Origin: Podarcis gaigeae
Lineage: Eukaryota
DNA: 64,000 nucleotides
NCBI GenBank assembly: GCA_964106915.2
Contig: OZ066924.1
Strand: one strand, 5' to 3'
Position numbers and translations under genes: made by a program. This document shows, in pieces, positions 38,284 to 51,514 of the stretch. Position 1 is the first letter of the stretch, and every line of letters starts with the position of its first letter. A model generated the notes under the pieces. It did not search any database and was not told the DNA's origin. It worked only from the letters and a program-made list of their open reading frames with translations.

Positions 38284-39075
38284 TGTTGCGGTGGGGGCCG
38301 CCAGGACACTCCAAAGTTGTGGGGCGGGCTAATTGACTGTTGGCCACTGATGCAATTGGGCTTCCCTTGTTGTTGGGAAGAAGTTAATGTTGCCATTTGT
38401 TGATTGACAGCCAGAAATGCTTAAACTCCTTGTATGAGGCTAGGGCTTCCTCTTTTTGCCCGTGCATCGGATTGCCCATCCCCCCCTCCCTAGAACTAGG
38501 GTTGTTCGCTTTGACCTTGCTATGCCTGTCATGGGGTCATCTGCTTTTGGGGCAGGGGCCCGGTAGGAATTTTGTCCATCTGGCTGATTGGCTGGGGCCA
38601 TTTGGTTTTTGCCTACTGCATAGCAAATTGTCACAACTTGTAAGGTTGCAGTTAGGCATTGGTTTATGGTTTGGTTGGTTGAGGGGCATGGATTGGCTGT
38701 GCCTGCCTCTCTAATGCTGCTGCTGCAAGGGATTCCGTTAAAGGAATCGGGGGCTAACTATTGCTTGTCCACCCTGTCAAGGGGGCTCAGGCCACTGCAA
38801 GAGCTCCTGGCTGCATTTGGGGAGGGCTGAGGGCAGGTTCCCTGCTCCGTCGCTACCCCCAAGTGTATTGCCCTTTTCTGACTTTCACAGGCGTGCAGAA
38901 TGTCAGTCTGTCCCCCACGGTGGGGGCAGATAGTCGCAACCAATGCCTAAGCAACCACTCACATGTTTGTATTTTAATAAAGTTGTGGCCAAAATTATGC
39001 CAAAAACCTTAAACAAAAAGATTTGGTGTGATGTGTGAGTTATTGGGGTGGCCCTGGGGACCTCCACACGCAACT
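38284..39075 (+). mobile_element. Probable solo LTR (about 790 bp)
   Basis: GC-rich island in an AT-rich intron; termini TGTTGCG...CGCAAC(t); AATAAA near 38976; degenerate 6-bp flanks agcacg/agcata. Confidence 0.55.
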
Positions 39076-39220
39076 AGCATAGAGCAGCAACTAGAATGGT
39101 GGACTTGGACTAGAGACCTGGGTCTGAGCCCCTCTTAGCAGTGAAGCTCAGTGGGTGATATTGGGCAAGCTATTCTCTCTCAGACCAACTAACCTCACAG
39201 GTTTGTTCTGTAGATAAAAT
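39076..39220 (+). mobile_element. MIR-like tRNA-derived SINE (decayed)
   Basis: ggacttggactagagacctgggt...gtgaagctcagtgggtga...ctctctcagaccaactaacctcacagg. Confidence 0.55.
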
Positions 39221-39547
39221 TAAGGGAGATGGAATCCACATACATACCCTAAGCTAAGAGGTGCAAATGCAGTAAATTTAATTTCATGTATTATTATAAT
39301 TTGTTCCATTGTAAGCTAAGCGAATTACATGATAAAAAGCTCCAAGTTACAGTGAATAACATGGTGGGCTATTTTGCAAGGGGGAACTATTTAGACATGA
39401 TTTTATGTAGCCTTACATCTAACATACTTATTTTCATCCATATAAAGAAGGTGTGGATAATAATAATGCATCAGAATAATAGATCTAAGTATTCACGTTG
39501 CTCTGATATTGGTCTACTGCAAATATATTCTAATATAACTCAATAAC

Positions 39548-39752
39548 CTGGGCAAAAGCAACAACTCCATGGGCATCATCATTTGGTGGTATAATTATGG
39601 TAACATAACCATTAGGACCAATTTCTGCACCACCCTTTGGATTTTTCAGCCATACTCGAAAAAATTCTTCTTCCTCCGGGATTGTGTCATCAAAGATATT
39701 GATTGCTATCACAGCTTCTTGATCTCCAGGTTCAAATATCAGTTCACCTGAA
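39548..39752 (-). CDS. ADGRV1: ADGRV1 exon (~52), Calx-beta
   Basis: 205 nt; SGELIFEPGDQEAVIAINIFDDTIPEEEE...PNDDAHGVVAFAQ. Confidence 0.94.
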
Positions 39753-40598
39753 CTAGCATAAAAACACATATAGAGAGCATAATTATAATTAAAGACTAGT
39801 TATCCAAGACAACCATAGCAAAAAAATGGGTTTGTCATGCAAAAATAATGTATCATAGACCATAATAATTAAAAGGTACAAATCTGACTCCTAAGTTTTC
39901 AGTTACCATTTGTTGTATTTTATGTAGCATTACAAGAAACATATTACTCATACATACTTTAAGCAAACAATTTATATTGTATTTTCTTCCTCTTTTGAGC
40001 CAGCATGTAGTAGGGATGGTTATGAGTAGAACACACCTTAACTTTAAACTCCTTTGAACTCAAGAAGACGGAGGAGGTGTTTTTTTACTGGATTGAGCAA
40101 TACATCAGATTAATAAAGACTTTTACCTCTAGGGTGAGGGCGACAGAGGTCTCCCAACAGCTCTCAGAACCCCTTATTAAATGGCAGTCCCCAGGATTCA
40201 CTGGGGGGAACCATTTCTGTATAAAATGGTATGAGACTGTTTTAAATGTATAATGCAGATGAGGCTTCTATCCTGACTATTTTGGCTCCTACTACAGCAT
40301 GTCTGTTTACTTCCCTTTCCCTGCCTACTCTATCCTGGGTTTCTACATAGCTCCACAGATAGTATTCTCAGTGACTGATTTGTACAAAGCTTTCTGACTA
40401 TAGCATGTTCACTAGATATTCAAAGGGTCAGAACTGATGTGCAGATTATAGGATCATATAAGGGTCCCATAAAGTTAAAGCAAAGGGAAGAGAAAGAAGA
40501 TTGTGGATATAAAAGTTGTTTTAGACATTACAACCAAAACTAGACAGGAAAACTCATTCCGTCTGCTTGTAAGTCAATGGATAAAATCAGGAACCTAC

Positions 40599-40821
40599 CT
40601 CGGTATAAAATCTGATTGGTTGGAGACTGCAGTCAGCTCATAAACATAGGAGTAGGATTCTGCAGACAAGACAATTAGACTTTTGTTGGAATTAAGAGAC
40701 ACTACACTGACAGTGGTGAAATGATTGGCAGAAGGGGCTTCCAGCAATGGAGAGAACTGGTTTTTTTCTGAGTTCCAAGAATACAGAGCTGATTTATCCT
40801 TGCTAGCAAAGAGCAAATGGC
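40599..40821 (-). CDS. ADGRV1: ADGRV1 exon (~51), EAR/EPTP region
   Basis: 223 nt; GHLLFASKDKSALYSWNSEKNQF...SNQSDFIP. Confidence 0.93.
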
Positions 40822-41612
40822 CTGCATCAAGAAACAGAAAAAGGAAAGAACTTTAGAGGGACAAATTTAAAATATTTATGTTGAAAGAAAAGAAGAGCTA
40901 GTTGGTTAGTTTGCTTTCAATGTTTGTTACATCTAAGCATCTGCTTAACATTTAATTCCTCTTTATATTTTTACTTCAAGTAAAGTTTTCAACTTATTTT
41001 TTAGAATATGAAAAATAAAGTTTAGAAAAGAATGGTTTACAACTATAACAAAATGCTTGCTCTGCCTAGATAAAATTGCTTTAGCAATTAACATTACTTC
41101 TGTCTCATCAACTCTTTTTATTTTCCTGTATAATATTGACATTTCATTTTGATTTCATAGGAAGATTGTTTCCTGCATTAAATTATTTGCTTCTTCTAAA
41201 CCTGGCATCAATATCCTTCAGTATATTAGTTTCATGTTCGTGTTCATGCAACTCCATGATACTACACAGAGCTAGTATGCCATACAGAGAAAATACGGTA
41301 ATATCAGCAACAAAACAACAAAAACATGCCCATTAAGTATCCTTCTAGATTCAGACCTTCAATCACCTTTTGACACCAGAATAAATGTATCCCAATCATT
41401 TTCCTGCATATGTACACTGAGAAGCCATGGCCAACTGCAACATCTCTCGGCGTGCATGTGCAGCAAAAAGGAATATTTGTGCTATTTATACATGATGTTG
41501 CCATGTATATGCTTTTTCCAACAAGGAGATGATACAAAGTGTTGGGAAAGCACTTTGTAGAAGCCAGCTGTAAGAGGACCTTCTCCCCACACCAACCAAA
41601 AAACCCACATAC

Positions 41613-41735
41613 CTACACCTGAGGGTGGAACAAAAGTATGGATTTCATTTACAGCTTTTATAAAAAGGGACTGAAAATGCCTGAATGAAGGTTGTCCTGT
41701 CTCCCACACAAAAACTTCACATGTATTGTTGGGCC
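41613..41735 (-). CDS. ADGRV1: ADGRV1 exon (~50), EAR/EPTP region
   Basis: 123 nt; GPNNTCEVFVWETGQPSFRHFQSL...FVPPSGV. Confidence 0.92.
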
Positions 41736-42324
41736 CTGTGGAGAAAAGAAGAGGAAGAGCATAAGCTTGCATGCAAATATTTTAACCAGATTATCAGGTA
41801 ATTATTTGTACAGTGACTAGCACCATAGTACCTGAAAGTATTTATTTTATGTATCTCAGGAAAAGCAAAAGTATGATATAACTAGAACCACAGATGGGAC
41901 CAACTTCTGGGATTTTATTTATTAATTTCTCCCTAAGTGAAAGTATTTGATAAAGATTTTTTAAAAAATTAAGAATCAAATAAAATGTAGAAATCAAAAT
42001 AATTGTAAATTACTAGCTTCTGATGTGCTTCTTGAAAAAATATCTGCTGCACATTTGATCATTGCTAGCCATCCTGAGTTCCTTTTGAAGGAAGAACAAG
42101 ATAGAAGAAATAATATTACTATTACCATTTTTTATTATTCAATATCATAAGTGCACCTTACATTGGCAAGGACAAGCTTTTTATATAATAAAGAGGCCAT
42201 AGAAACATTTTCTTGATAAGAGTCATAAAGAAATAATTTCCGTTCCCATTTCATGTTTCTATTTCCATAGTAACAGCTGAATCTTAATGTATTTCTGTCA
42301 AACAGCTCTTGTTTGTATGAATAC

Positions 42325-42577
42325 CTTTTGCAAAAATTAGGTAGATGTCAGATCCAGAAATGAAGGCTTTGACTCTTGCTATGCCATTGATTGGCAGTTC
42401 ATGAAACTTTCTAAATTTGTTATCTGACCACTGGTATAAAAGAGGAGCATGTGAGATGTCTGATGGAGCCACAACTAGATATGTAGTGCCTCCCCTTGAG
42501 AAAAGATCCACGCTTAGAACTCCATTCACCGAGAGCTGATGATGGAATCTAAAGATGCCATTATCCCAGAGGAAAAT
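42325..42577 (-). CDS. ADGRV1: ADGRV1 exon (~49), EAR/EPTP region
   Basis: 253 nt; IFLWDNGIFRFHHQLSVNGV...LYQWSDNKF...DIYLIFAK. Confidence 0.91.
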
Positions 42578-42686
42578 CTGTGGAAAATGAGGGGAGAAGA
42601 AAACACCTCTTGTTACAGCTCAGACTATACACAAAGAAATCAGAAGTCATGTTAAAATGTCATTAAGCCCAACATTAAGTCATTAA

Positions 42687-42845
42687 GAGCCAGTGTGGTG
42701 TAGTGGTTAGAGTGTTGCACTAGGACCTGGGAGATCAGGGTTCATAATCTTCATTTAACCATGAAGTACACTGGGTGAACTTGGTCCAGGTACTCACTCA
42801 CTCTCAACTTAGCATTCCTCACAGAATCATTGCTGTGAGCATAAA
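42687..42845 (+). mobile_element. MIR-like tRNA-derived SINE
   Basis: A-box tggtgtagtgg and B-box-like gggttcata; core catgaagtacactgggtga...cctcacag. Confidence 0.65.
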
Positions 42846-43527
42846 AAGGGCACAAGGTAAAGTATGTATGGCACATTGAGATATAAATGTAATAAAGATA
42901 TGAAATACTGGCATGGTGTTTATTTAGGATATGAAAAATCAGGATATGCCTCTTGTAAGTCACACCCTCAAAATGAGCTTGAGGTTGACTGATCAACTGA
43001 AGCATTCATGAAAGTATCAGAAACAAATGCAGTACTTACAAACAGAAAGCTATGATAGGGTACATGTAAGCCCAATACAACCCAAATTTGTAATTTATTA
43101 TTATTATAATTATATATTATATATTTATATATAATATATATAATTGATATATAATTATAAATTTGTAACTTATTATTATTATAGAACAAGCAGTTTAGTC
43201 AGTAAGCAAAGAAGCACCTCTGACAACTCCAGAATAATATAGCTTATTTTAGCTATATTTATTCTAGCTATATTTATTGGTGTGCTTTAGAAATCTTGTT
43301 TATGAAAATATATAGTAAGCATCTGCAGTCAATTTACAAATTATTGAACAACGACAGAAATTACCCCCATCTTCTGACTTCAATTACATCAAATTGAATT
43401 TGGTGCATTATTTCTACTCAGATGCTCAAACCATTCAGAATGCTGCAAAAGTTCTGAATACGTTGATCTCAAACAGTCTAAAGAACAAGCACACATTACA
43501 CAGGAAGAATAAGGAAGGTCTTTCAAC

Positions 43528-43635
43528 CTGGAGAGAATTGGATTCAGGGATACAACTTGCAATAACCAAGTAGTGGTTTTGGTCCAAACTGAAAAACTTT
43601 ATATCACTGCTATCCGGCACAAAGATGGTCTGGAT
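43528..43635 (-). CDS. ADGRV1: ADGRV1 exon (~48), EAR/EPTP region
   Basis: 108 nt; IQTIFVPDSSDIKFFSLDQNHYLVIASCIPESNSLQ. Confidence 0.91.
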
Positions 43636-44036
43636 CTGCAAGGCAAAAAAAGATTTATCAAATTTAGGGAATTAACACGCATGTAATTTATTTAATATTG
43701 TACTATAATGTAGCGAATGGAGAAGAACAGAAGGCAAGAGGCAGGCGGGCAGGGTCCCAATGAAATTTTAAAGACCCAGGTCTGCCACTGAAGAGAGGAT
43801 GGGAACAAATACAAAATAGGTAGCTGTCATTTCCTCCATTATGCCTAATTGCTGCTTGGGGCTTGATTTAAATTTGGGAAACAAGGGGGGAATTCCCCTT
43901 ACTCCAGCCCAGTTTGGACCCCCTTCCAACTATATGACAACTATCACAGGAAAGCATGCTGAGAGTGAATGCACTCCACCAAATCTATGTAAGTATATTG
44001 GGTTTAAAAAACTTTTGGATGAGCTAAAAACGTTAC

Positions 44037-44183
44037 CTGTAGCATCTGGAATCCAGGGGTGAAGGAGTACACAGTATTGTTAGAAGGTCTATCTTGTTTC
44101 ATTCCACCATGAGTAATTATTAGGTAGGAAGCGCCATTGATTTGAAATGCCATGCATTGATGAGGATTCGCAATACTAAAATC
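44037..44183 (-). CDS. ADGRV1: ADGRV1 exon (~47), EAR/EPTP region
   Basis: 147 nt; DFSIANPHQCMAFQINGASYLIITHGG...VYSFTPGFQMLQ. Confidence 0.91.
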
Positions 44184-44876
44184 CTAAGGGGGGGGGGGAA
44201 TTATGGCGTCAATGACTTAAGCACTTTTAGTACCATGCATGAACAATTGTTTTAAAACAAAAACATTTATTTAATGTTATATTAAGGTGAGATGAAGGCA
44301 GGTTCCAAAGGAGATTCTCTGTACGTAAGAAGAGAATGTTGGATCAGGTCAAAGGTCCATCTAGATCATCATTCTGTTCTCACAGCTGTCAACCAGCATG
44401 CAGTAATGGTTGGTGAGGCAGAGCAGAGTTGCTCACCTGCTTTTCCAACACAGAATTACTGCCAGTTGCTGAGAGGGAGGGGTACAAGGTGCAGAGAGCT
44501 AAGCACAGTGCAGGTGCACTGGCAGAGCCAATCCAACATTCCTGCCACTGTGCTCGCACCACACTGAGCTCTCAGTGCCTTGTGCCTTAGCTTCTCAGGA
44601 ACCAGCAGTGGTGCTTGATGTTGAGAAAGCAGGTGAGCAGCTCTGCCCTGCCTGCCCTGCCCCACCAACTGGCAACACTTCAAGCCCGTAGAGATCCAGG
44701 TTCGAGAAGCCTGTGGCCCAGCAGATGTTGTTGGACACTGGCTCCCTGTTACTGTTGTTGCAATATTTTGTATGTCCTGAAACAGTGCTAATAGTAATCT
44801 GGATTATTCCCGAGTGCTGTTATTTCCATTTTATTTTCACATGGGAACACTTGGTTTTATAACAGTGTGTATATAC

Positions 44877-45043
44877 CTCAACAGGAACGAAAACTCCCCG
44901 CCACTGGAATATTGAAGAATTTACAGCTGGGTGCGTCCGCAACAATATGCCATAGAGAGAGTCCCCTGCTGCAATGAAGCACCAACTGGATATTGGTTCT
45001 TCTGCAAAACTTTGTAAGATGGACAACACACTTAATCCACCTT
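44877..45043 (-). CDS. ADGRV1: ADGRV1 exon (~46), EAR/EPTP region
   Basis: 167 nt; KGGLSVLSILQSFAEEPISSWCF...IFQWRGVFVPVE; tandem CAGAAG acceptor. Confidence 0.9.
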
Positions 45044-45292
45044 CTGCAACAAGAATAAAATATGCACCAGTTACTGTGTGGATTGGCAGGAAAAAAAAGA
45101 AAGAGAAACCCATATTATAGAAGTGAGGGCCTCATCTCAAACGCAAAAGAAGAAAAAGCAGAGAAAACAGTGATAGATTTACAGCCAGTGACATTGGTCA
45201 AGTCAGCTCCTGGGTACAACTTAGTTCTCCTTGTTTTATTAGGCCAATTTGTAATATGTGATTTTAAAAAACCTACTCATGAATTGACTTAC

Positions 45293-45417
45293 TTATCCCA
45301 AATGCAGTATCAGACTGTGTTTCCCATTCCACACTCACTGATGTGTTCATCCCATTGCTCCGGGATATTTTCAAGTAGACTGTAGTGTTGGCTTCTTCAA
45401 TTATGAGAGAATTTGTC
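45293..45417 (-). CDS. ADGRV1: ADGRV1 exon (~45)
   Basis: 125 nt; TNSLIIEEANTTVYLKISRSNGMNTSVSVEWETQSDTAFGI. Confidence 0.93.
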
Positions 45418-45617
45418 CTAAAAGTTATGGAGACCATTACTAAAGTAAAGAAATTAATGTCCTTCATAAGACTAGGGTATGGAGGGCCTTCACGAAACAA
45501 GGATCTGAGGCCTGTTCCATCCTCCAAATTCAATCCTCCAAACCATGGGATTGGGTACATTAAGTGTGAAAAGATTCACTAGGTCCAGCAGTTACGGAGT
45601 CTGACTGGAATATAATA

Positions 45618-45853
45618 CAGTGGAACCTTGATTTTTGAGTGTCTCAGAAGCCGAATGTTTCGGAACCCAAACACTGAAAACCTGGAAGTAATTGCTTCCA
45701 TTTTTTAATGCACCTTGGAAGTTGAACGGCTTCTGCTGTGTGTTTTTCCATTTTCTCATTGCTGACAGTCCTTTGTGCCTCGGTTGTGGAACGCGTTTCG
45801 GAAATCGAACAGTCTTCCAGAACAGATTACGTTCGACAATCGAGGTTCCACTG
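45618..45853. mobile_element. Tc1/mariner (Tigger-like) MITE
   Basis: TA|CAGTGGAACCTTGATT...AATCGAGGTTCCACTG|TA. Confidence 0.85.
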
Positions 45854-46802
45854 TACTTACAATAGGGATGACAAAATTCATTTGCACTAACATGAAAGAA
45901 AATCACTATAAGGTTTTATATTATTTATTTCACCCCAAATAAGATAATTAACACATATGTTTACATATATAGTAGATATACTCTGCTGTGCAAACTGTCC
46001 TGGGTGGGGTGGGAATTGCGACTCAGATTTGAAGGTCCCATGAGCAGCTCTGCTCATGTAATGTTTGTGATGGAGAGGGAGGGGACCATTTTTTCTGATT
46101 CCTCTTTCCCTTGACGCCCCCTATGCCACAAGGAAAGCTGTGGGAGGTGGTACAGGCTGGGAATCAGCAAAAAAAAAACCCTTTCCCCCTTCCTCCTGTG
46201 GGAACTTCCTCTGGATTTCATTATTTTCCTCAAACGGAAGGAGCACGCCTGTTCATGCAAGGGATATTCCGGATCCCACCCTGTAAATGCAATTAATAAA
46301 ATGACAAACTATGAAGTGCCATAACTCCCATCATCTTACGTTGGGTCTTCTAAGGTATTTTTATGAAAATAGAATCATTCTTTAGTAAACAGATTCATGG
46401 ACATCTACAAAAAAAAGTTAGATGCAAAACGCTGGTAGAATCCGAAGACATCTACTATTAAAGAATAGATTATCAAGGTATGTTAGCTAGCACGATTGTC
46501 TAAAGTAAGTGAAATTTATGCATTAGGAGGTAATAAACAGAACATAGTTGTTTTTGTTAAGAGCTGACAACAGTTAATTGAGTTATGAAAATGAAAAATA
46601 TGTAATGATATCAGTGCTTATAGTGTATTTAATGATATATCTTAGATATGTTTGACTTATGGGTTTATAAGCATCTACATTTATCAGTATTTTAACATAA
46701 TTTTTTAAAAATGAATAATTGAACCAACATAAAATGCAGGGCAATATCCTATCCACAAACAAACAAAAAGTGGCATTTACTGTGATGGCATTGCTGGTGT
46801 AC

Positions 46803-46978
46803 CTATTTGAAACTGGGAAGATACTGAAAAGTCCCAATGGGGCTTGATTCTGCAACACTGTGATAAAAGTTTCTACTCTTGTGCCCAGTCTGGCTCCACC
46901 TGTTGGACTGAACAGGGTAACAACAAAATGTTCATCCATTTCTGGTTCAGTATCTAGTATGGCAGTTATATGCAAAGT
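46803..46978 (-). CDS. ADGRV1: ADGRV1 exon (~44)
   Basis: 176 nt; TLHITAILDTEPEMDEHFVVTLFSPTGGARLG...PVSNR. Confidence 0.94.
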
Positions 46979-47474
46979 CTGTAAGAGAAAACAAATGTAT
47001 AAAGTGAAATTATTGCATAGACAATGACAGTGAATTTTTGAAACAGAAAGTAGATAGATGCCAACTTCACCATATTATATTGGAACTGTTCTACACATAA
47101 TAAAATGGCGGACTTCTGGACTGTAACATTTCAGACAATGAAATCGCATTTTCATATAAAAATAGAAAAACCTGTTTTTGAATGATCCACCATGCAAATT
47201 CTCACGTATAGTGTATTTTTGTACATACTTTTTGCTAATCTAAGCATTATACTCTGTACTTTCCTCTAATATACGGTTTATTGTAACACATCTTTGGGTT
47301 GGAAAATTGCATCGTAAAATGAGGAGGTGTGTGAATTTTGAAGGAAAGCAAAATCTTGTTTTGTATATTGGTACAGAAAACAATAAGTTCTCATTAAAAT
47401 AGGAATTTCTTCCTCATCCCTATATGAAACCAAGTAACATTTCTTCCACTTTGTAATAACTACCTGCATATTAC

Positions 47475-47737
47475 CTTGAATCTGACTCCCTCTTCTAGAA
47501 CAACATAGCCTTGTGATGGAGTCAAATCTATAGATGCTTCAGAAGAATTTATCTCTCTCACAAGATACTGGACAGTCACAGTTCCAAAGATTCCCTGAGG
47601 AGGTTCCCTGATAATGGTTAGTACTGCAACACTTTCCATTAAATATAGTGCTGATGGTTCCCTTAGAAAGAAATGTTCACTGTTGTTGAAGGACAAAACT
47701 CCATGGCCATCATCATTGGCAAGGATAGTAACCGTGG
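47475..47737 (-). CDS. ADGRV1: ADGRV1 exon (~43)
   Basis: 263 nt; ATVTILANDDGHGVLSFNNSEHFFLREP...EEGVRFK. Confidence 0.94.
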
Positions 47738-48135
47738 CTTTGAACAGAAAATGAATGCAATTATTAAAATTCATCTAGGATAATCTTACCCATATTATAC
47801 ATAAAGGAGCAAAAATGCAAATGTGTTGCTATAAAACCCCCAAAAATGCTGGATCTTAGAATCAACTATTAAGTATGTGTTTTCCTTTGTACAACATTTA
47901 ACATGTGAGGTTACTATTTCTTCAACTAATTGCAAAACAATACCACAGATTGTTTGCTGCTAATTTTCTTGTCCCACAAATATTAAACAGTGCTGGTAGC
48001 TGGCTAATTCTCTTGTTGGAATTTAACAGTCTTGAGGAAAAACACATAATTATCCACTGGGGCTAACTATGGTTTGTACAATGTAATTCTGTAATCACAA
48101 CATACAGAACTAGTTTTAAGATTAGTTAATGTTAC

Positions 48136-48277
48136 CTGTTGTGTTTTCGCCTAACTCTAACCCAAGGGATGGGTTTGTCAAAATAAGCTGGAATTTCTCA
48201 TCCCCTTCAGGAATCTCATCATCAAAAATCATAACATCAACATATTTATACCTTTCTCCATCAGCAAAAGAAAGTGT
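48136..48277 (-). CDS. ADGRV1: ADGRV1 exon (~42)
   Basis: 142 nt; TLSFADGERYKYVDVMIFDDEIPEGDEKFQLILTNPSLGLELGENTT. Confidence 0.94.
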
Positions 48278-48957
48278 CTAGCAACAAAACACAATGACAC
48301 GGTATTTTAGAACATTTCAAAATTCAATACTTCATAAAAATTCAACAAATAAAGATAGGAAGAAAGATGCAAATCTTAGGTGACTTTTCCAAACCAGTGA
48401 TGGTAAGTATTAAAGACATTATAAATCCTTTTCAGATGACAAATGAGTATTCAAGGCACATGTGGAGCTCAGGAATGTGATCCTATCTGTCTCTCATCCT
48501 TACTTCCAAGTACTTATCTGAAAGTCAGAACTGAACCTACATCTCTATATAAAATATATACACTTACAAGCTCTCTCCATGCAGCTGTGAAACCTGCCTT
48601 TCTCATGGTTCCTGATCACATGGTGCATTGAGCACACATGAATAGATCTGTTCTGACCTTTGGGTGAATGTCCAGAGGTTGTAAGTGGGCTCGATCCCTC
48701 TCCTCTCTTATGTTCACACTATATGTGCTCACCATATGAAAAAGGTTGCATATATGATTTATTATTATTATTAACCTGTCAAGATGTTTGTGCTTCCTTT
48801 CCCTTCTAGAAAGCAATTGGTTCTCCTTTCTTCTCCTTCCAGCCCTAGAATTTAAAAATTCTAACTAGGCATGTTGTCTGATTATATTTCACTGCTGAAA
48901 CAAATTAGCTGGCTGGTACTATGGTGAACAGTATTTTTTATTAAGGTTAGTTCTTAC

Positions 48958-49096
48958 CTGTGAGGAAAAATTAAAATCCAGCCCTTGATGTGCTTCCAGA
49001 TTCTGAGCATACAAGAACAAGGACACTTTACCGTAAGATCCTCGGTCCCGGAATGCTACTAATGTCAAACTTCCATTTACTTCACTTATTTCAAAA
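48958..49096 (-). CDS. ADGRV1: ADGRV1 exon (~41)
   Basis: 139 nt; FEISEVNGSLTLVAFRDRGSYGKVSLFLYAQNLEAHQGLDFNFSSQ. Confidence 0.93.
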
Positions 49097-49184
49097 CTGT
49101 TGGGGGGAAAGAAGTACAGCCCTTCCCAATTATATGTATTGACAACAAGTTTATGATTTCATTGGCAATATTCAGATACTTTAT

Positions 49185-49283
49185 TAGGGCTGCCATACGT
49201 CCGGATTTCCCCAGACACATCTGGGAATCGGGCAGCTCAGCAATTCTGTCAGGATTTTCACTTTTGGGAATATGGCAACCCTA
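49185..49283. mobile_element. Short DNA-transposon MITE (hAT-like)
   Basis: TAGGGCTGCCATA...TATGGCAACCCTA; flanking duplication actttat. Confidence 0.75.
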
Positions 49284-49443
49284 ACTTTATAGACAACAAC
49301 TGATGTGCTGGTAAAATGGGGATCAGCTGAGGAGCTAGTTGCAAAAAAATACTTTAGTTATGGGCACTAATATACTAGGGGAAGGGAAATAGCTCAGGGG
49401 TACAATGTTCACTTTGCCAGCAGAATGTCCCAAGTCCAATCCC

Positions 49444-49486
49444 TAGATAGATAGATAGATAGATAGATAGGATACACACACACACA
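49444..49486. repeat. (GATA)n followed by (CA)n microsatellite
   Basis: Directly seen. Confidence 0.9.
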
Positions 49487-49859
49487 TTCCAGGTAGCATG
49501 CATAGTTCCCACACCCCAACATCAGTCAGAAAATCTAGTGCCTGAGTGAGGATTTCAACCAAGATCTCCCAGGTATAACACAGTGTCTCCCACATATAGC
49601 TACAGGAACTCCAAAGAGCCTAACCTGCTATTTGAACTTAGGATACTATAAGCATCTGAGGAGTTGGGGGAAGGAAATTCTGAGGGAAAACTCTTAGATA
49701 AATCAGGATACTCTGGAGTATCTGATCCGTTGGATCATAGCTTTTATCTAGAATTCATCTGGACTTTGACTGCTCAAAACTATCAACTGTGTAACACCAG
49801 AGGAAACAGTTCAGTGCTCAAACAACTGAAAACAAACATAAGCTGAAGATGAGACTTAC

Positions 49860-49938
49860 TTTGTGTTTTGCCAGCCAACTACTCCTCTTGCTCCATCATT
49901 TGCATCAATAATAACCTGTGCTGCTAAACCATCTACAT
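49860..49938 (-). CDS. ADGRV1: ADGRV1 exon (~40)
   Basis: 79 nt; DVDGLAAQVIIDANDGARGVVGWQNT. Confidence 0.91.
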
Positions 49939-50424
49939 CTAAAGATAAAATAGGTTTTAGTAGCGCATAATATTTTAAGCATTGTTAAGATTTCTGGTGG
50001 ATGCACAAATGTTTCGAGAACAGTGGATATTTATAACTATATTTGTATATTTATGAGTCAATAAACAACATCTATCCACAAAGTATGGGGGTTGATTAGT
50101 TCTGAATGCAGATGCATTGTCTTTACTGAATGAAGGCAATAGAACAGAGACATCTAATTATACCACAAGTCTAAATATTTTCTACACTACCTCTAGAATA
50201 CACATCTCAAGCGAACTACAATATATTTTTCTATTTACCTTTAAGTTTGTAATGAATTAACCCAGTCAAGTCTATAGACATGCAAATAAAGAAGGTTTAT
50301 TAGAGGTATACTGGAAACAGCCAGAAGGAGTACTGAAACTACAGACTCAGTCCATGCCCAAGACAGTAACTTGCTGAAAGGGACTAAGGATGCAGTGCCA
50401 GACAGAGGGATTGAGGATTTAGAG

Positions 50425-50558
50425 CAGTGTTTCTCAAACTTGGGTCCCCAGCTGTTGTTGGACTACAACTTCCATCATCCCTAGCTAGCAGACCAATGGT
50501 CAGGGATGATGGGAGTTGTAGTCCAACAACAGCTGGGGACCCAAGTTTGAGAAACACG
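50425..50558. mobile_element. Palindromic hAT (Charlie-like) MITE
   Basis: CAGTGTTTCTCAAACTTGG...CCAAGTTTGAGAAACAC; long self-complementary arms; 8-bp TSD atttagag. Confidence 0.9.
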
Positions 50559-51514
50559 ATTTAGAGGAAGCCCAACTGCACCAATGGAACAGCAGATATG
50601 CCACCGCCTGTCAGCTACATCTTTGAAAACCCCACCCTACTTATATGCCAACAGAACACTCCTAGGGTAGAGCAATAACTATCAGCAAAAGTAGTGGGTG
50701 CAATGGCCAAAATTAGCAAATTTACATCATATCCTATACTCCTCCAGATCACAACACCTGTGTCAACAGCAGAACTTTACATCAGTCCCAGATCTGGTGG
50801 AGAAAACTCAGTGACAGCCACTCCCTATCATGTCAGAGCATATGGTATCATGCAACCCAACACCCAACCAGAAAGGGGGAACACAACTCAAATGGCAGAG
50901 TGTGTGGCACAGGTCTGTAGTTCTCAGGCCTTGTGGCATATACACTTAAGAGCTCCGAAGAAGGCGCTTTGGTGAGAGGAAATTATGGAGAATGGGCAGT
51001 TTGCATTTTTCACAAAACAGTTTGGCCTCACTATCACAACATAGATGAGAATTTGAGTACATTGCTAACACTTTCCCAGAAGAGGCTGGTCAGGTGGGAG
51101 AGGGAAGGGTAAAGTGGCAGGGAGGTTGGTGCAGTGGACACACACTCCGGGGCTTCTGCTGGTGCATTTGCACTATACCGACAGTCGAGCCTTCACCGCA
51201 TGCCATTTTAGTAAGCAACAGTGACCTGCCTGCCAAGCACCTAACATAGGTATTCCACCCCAACCGATGAGCCACTTCTGCACTTCTCGACCAAGAACCT
51301 TACCAAGCCGCTCCTGTATTTAAATGCAAATACAGTTTGAATGCTATGCATTTAATGTAAGATGCTGTCTCATGCACACCAAAAAGTATTTTGAAAGCTT
51401 TCATATTTATAAAAGTTAGTGCAAGAAAATATATCCAAGTCACACACTGCGTATATTACTTGATATATACTTGATATAAAGTGTGGCACTAATGCAAAGA
51501 TGTGAAATGTATAC

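Noticed and set aside
43090-43185. AT-only tract with self-complementarity
   Set aside because: Low-complexity sequence with no specific structure.
6986-47740. Four AAG acceptors (exons ~43, 65, 78, 79)
   Set aside because: 4 of 50 is not clearly above the normal minor usage of AAG.
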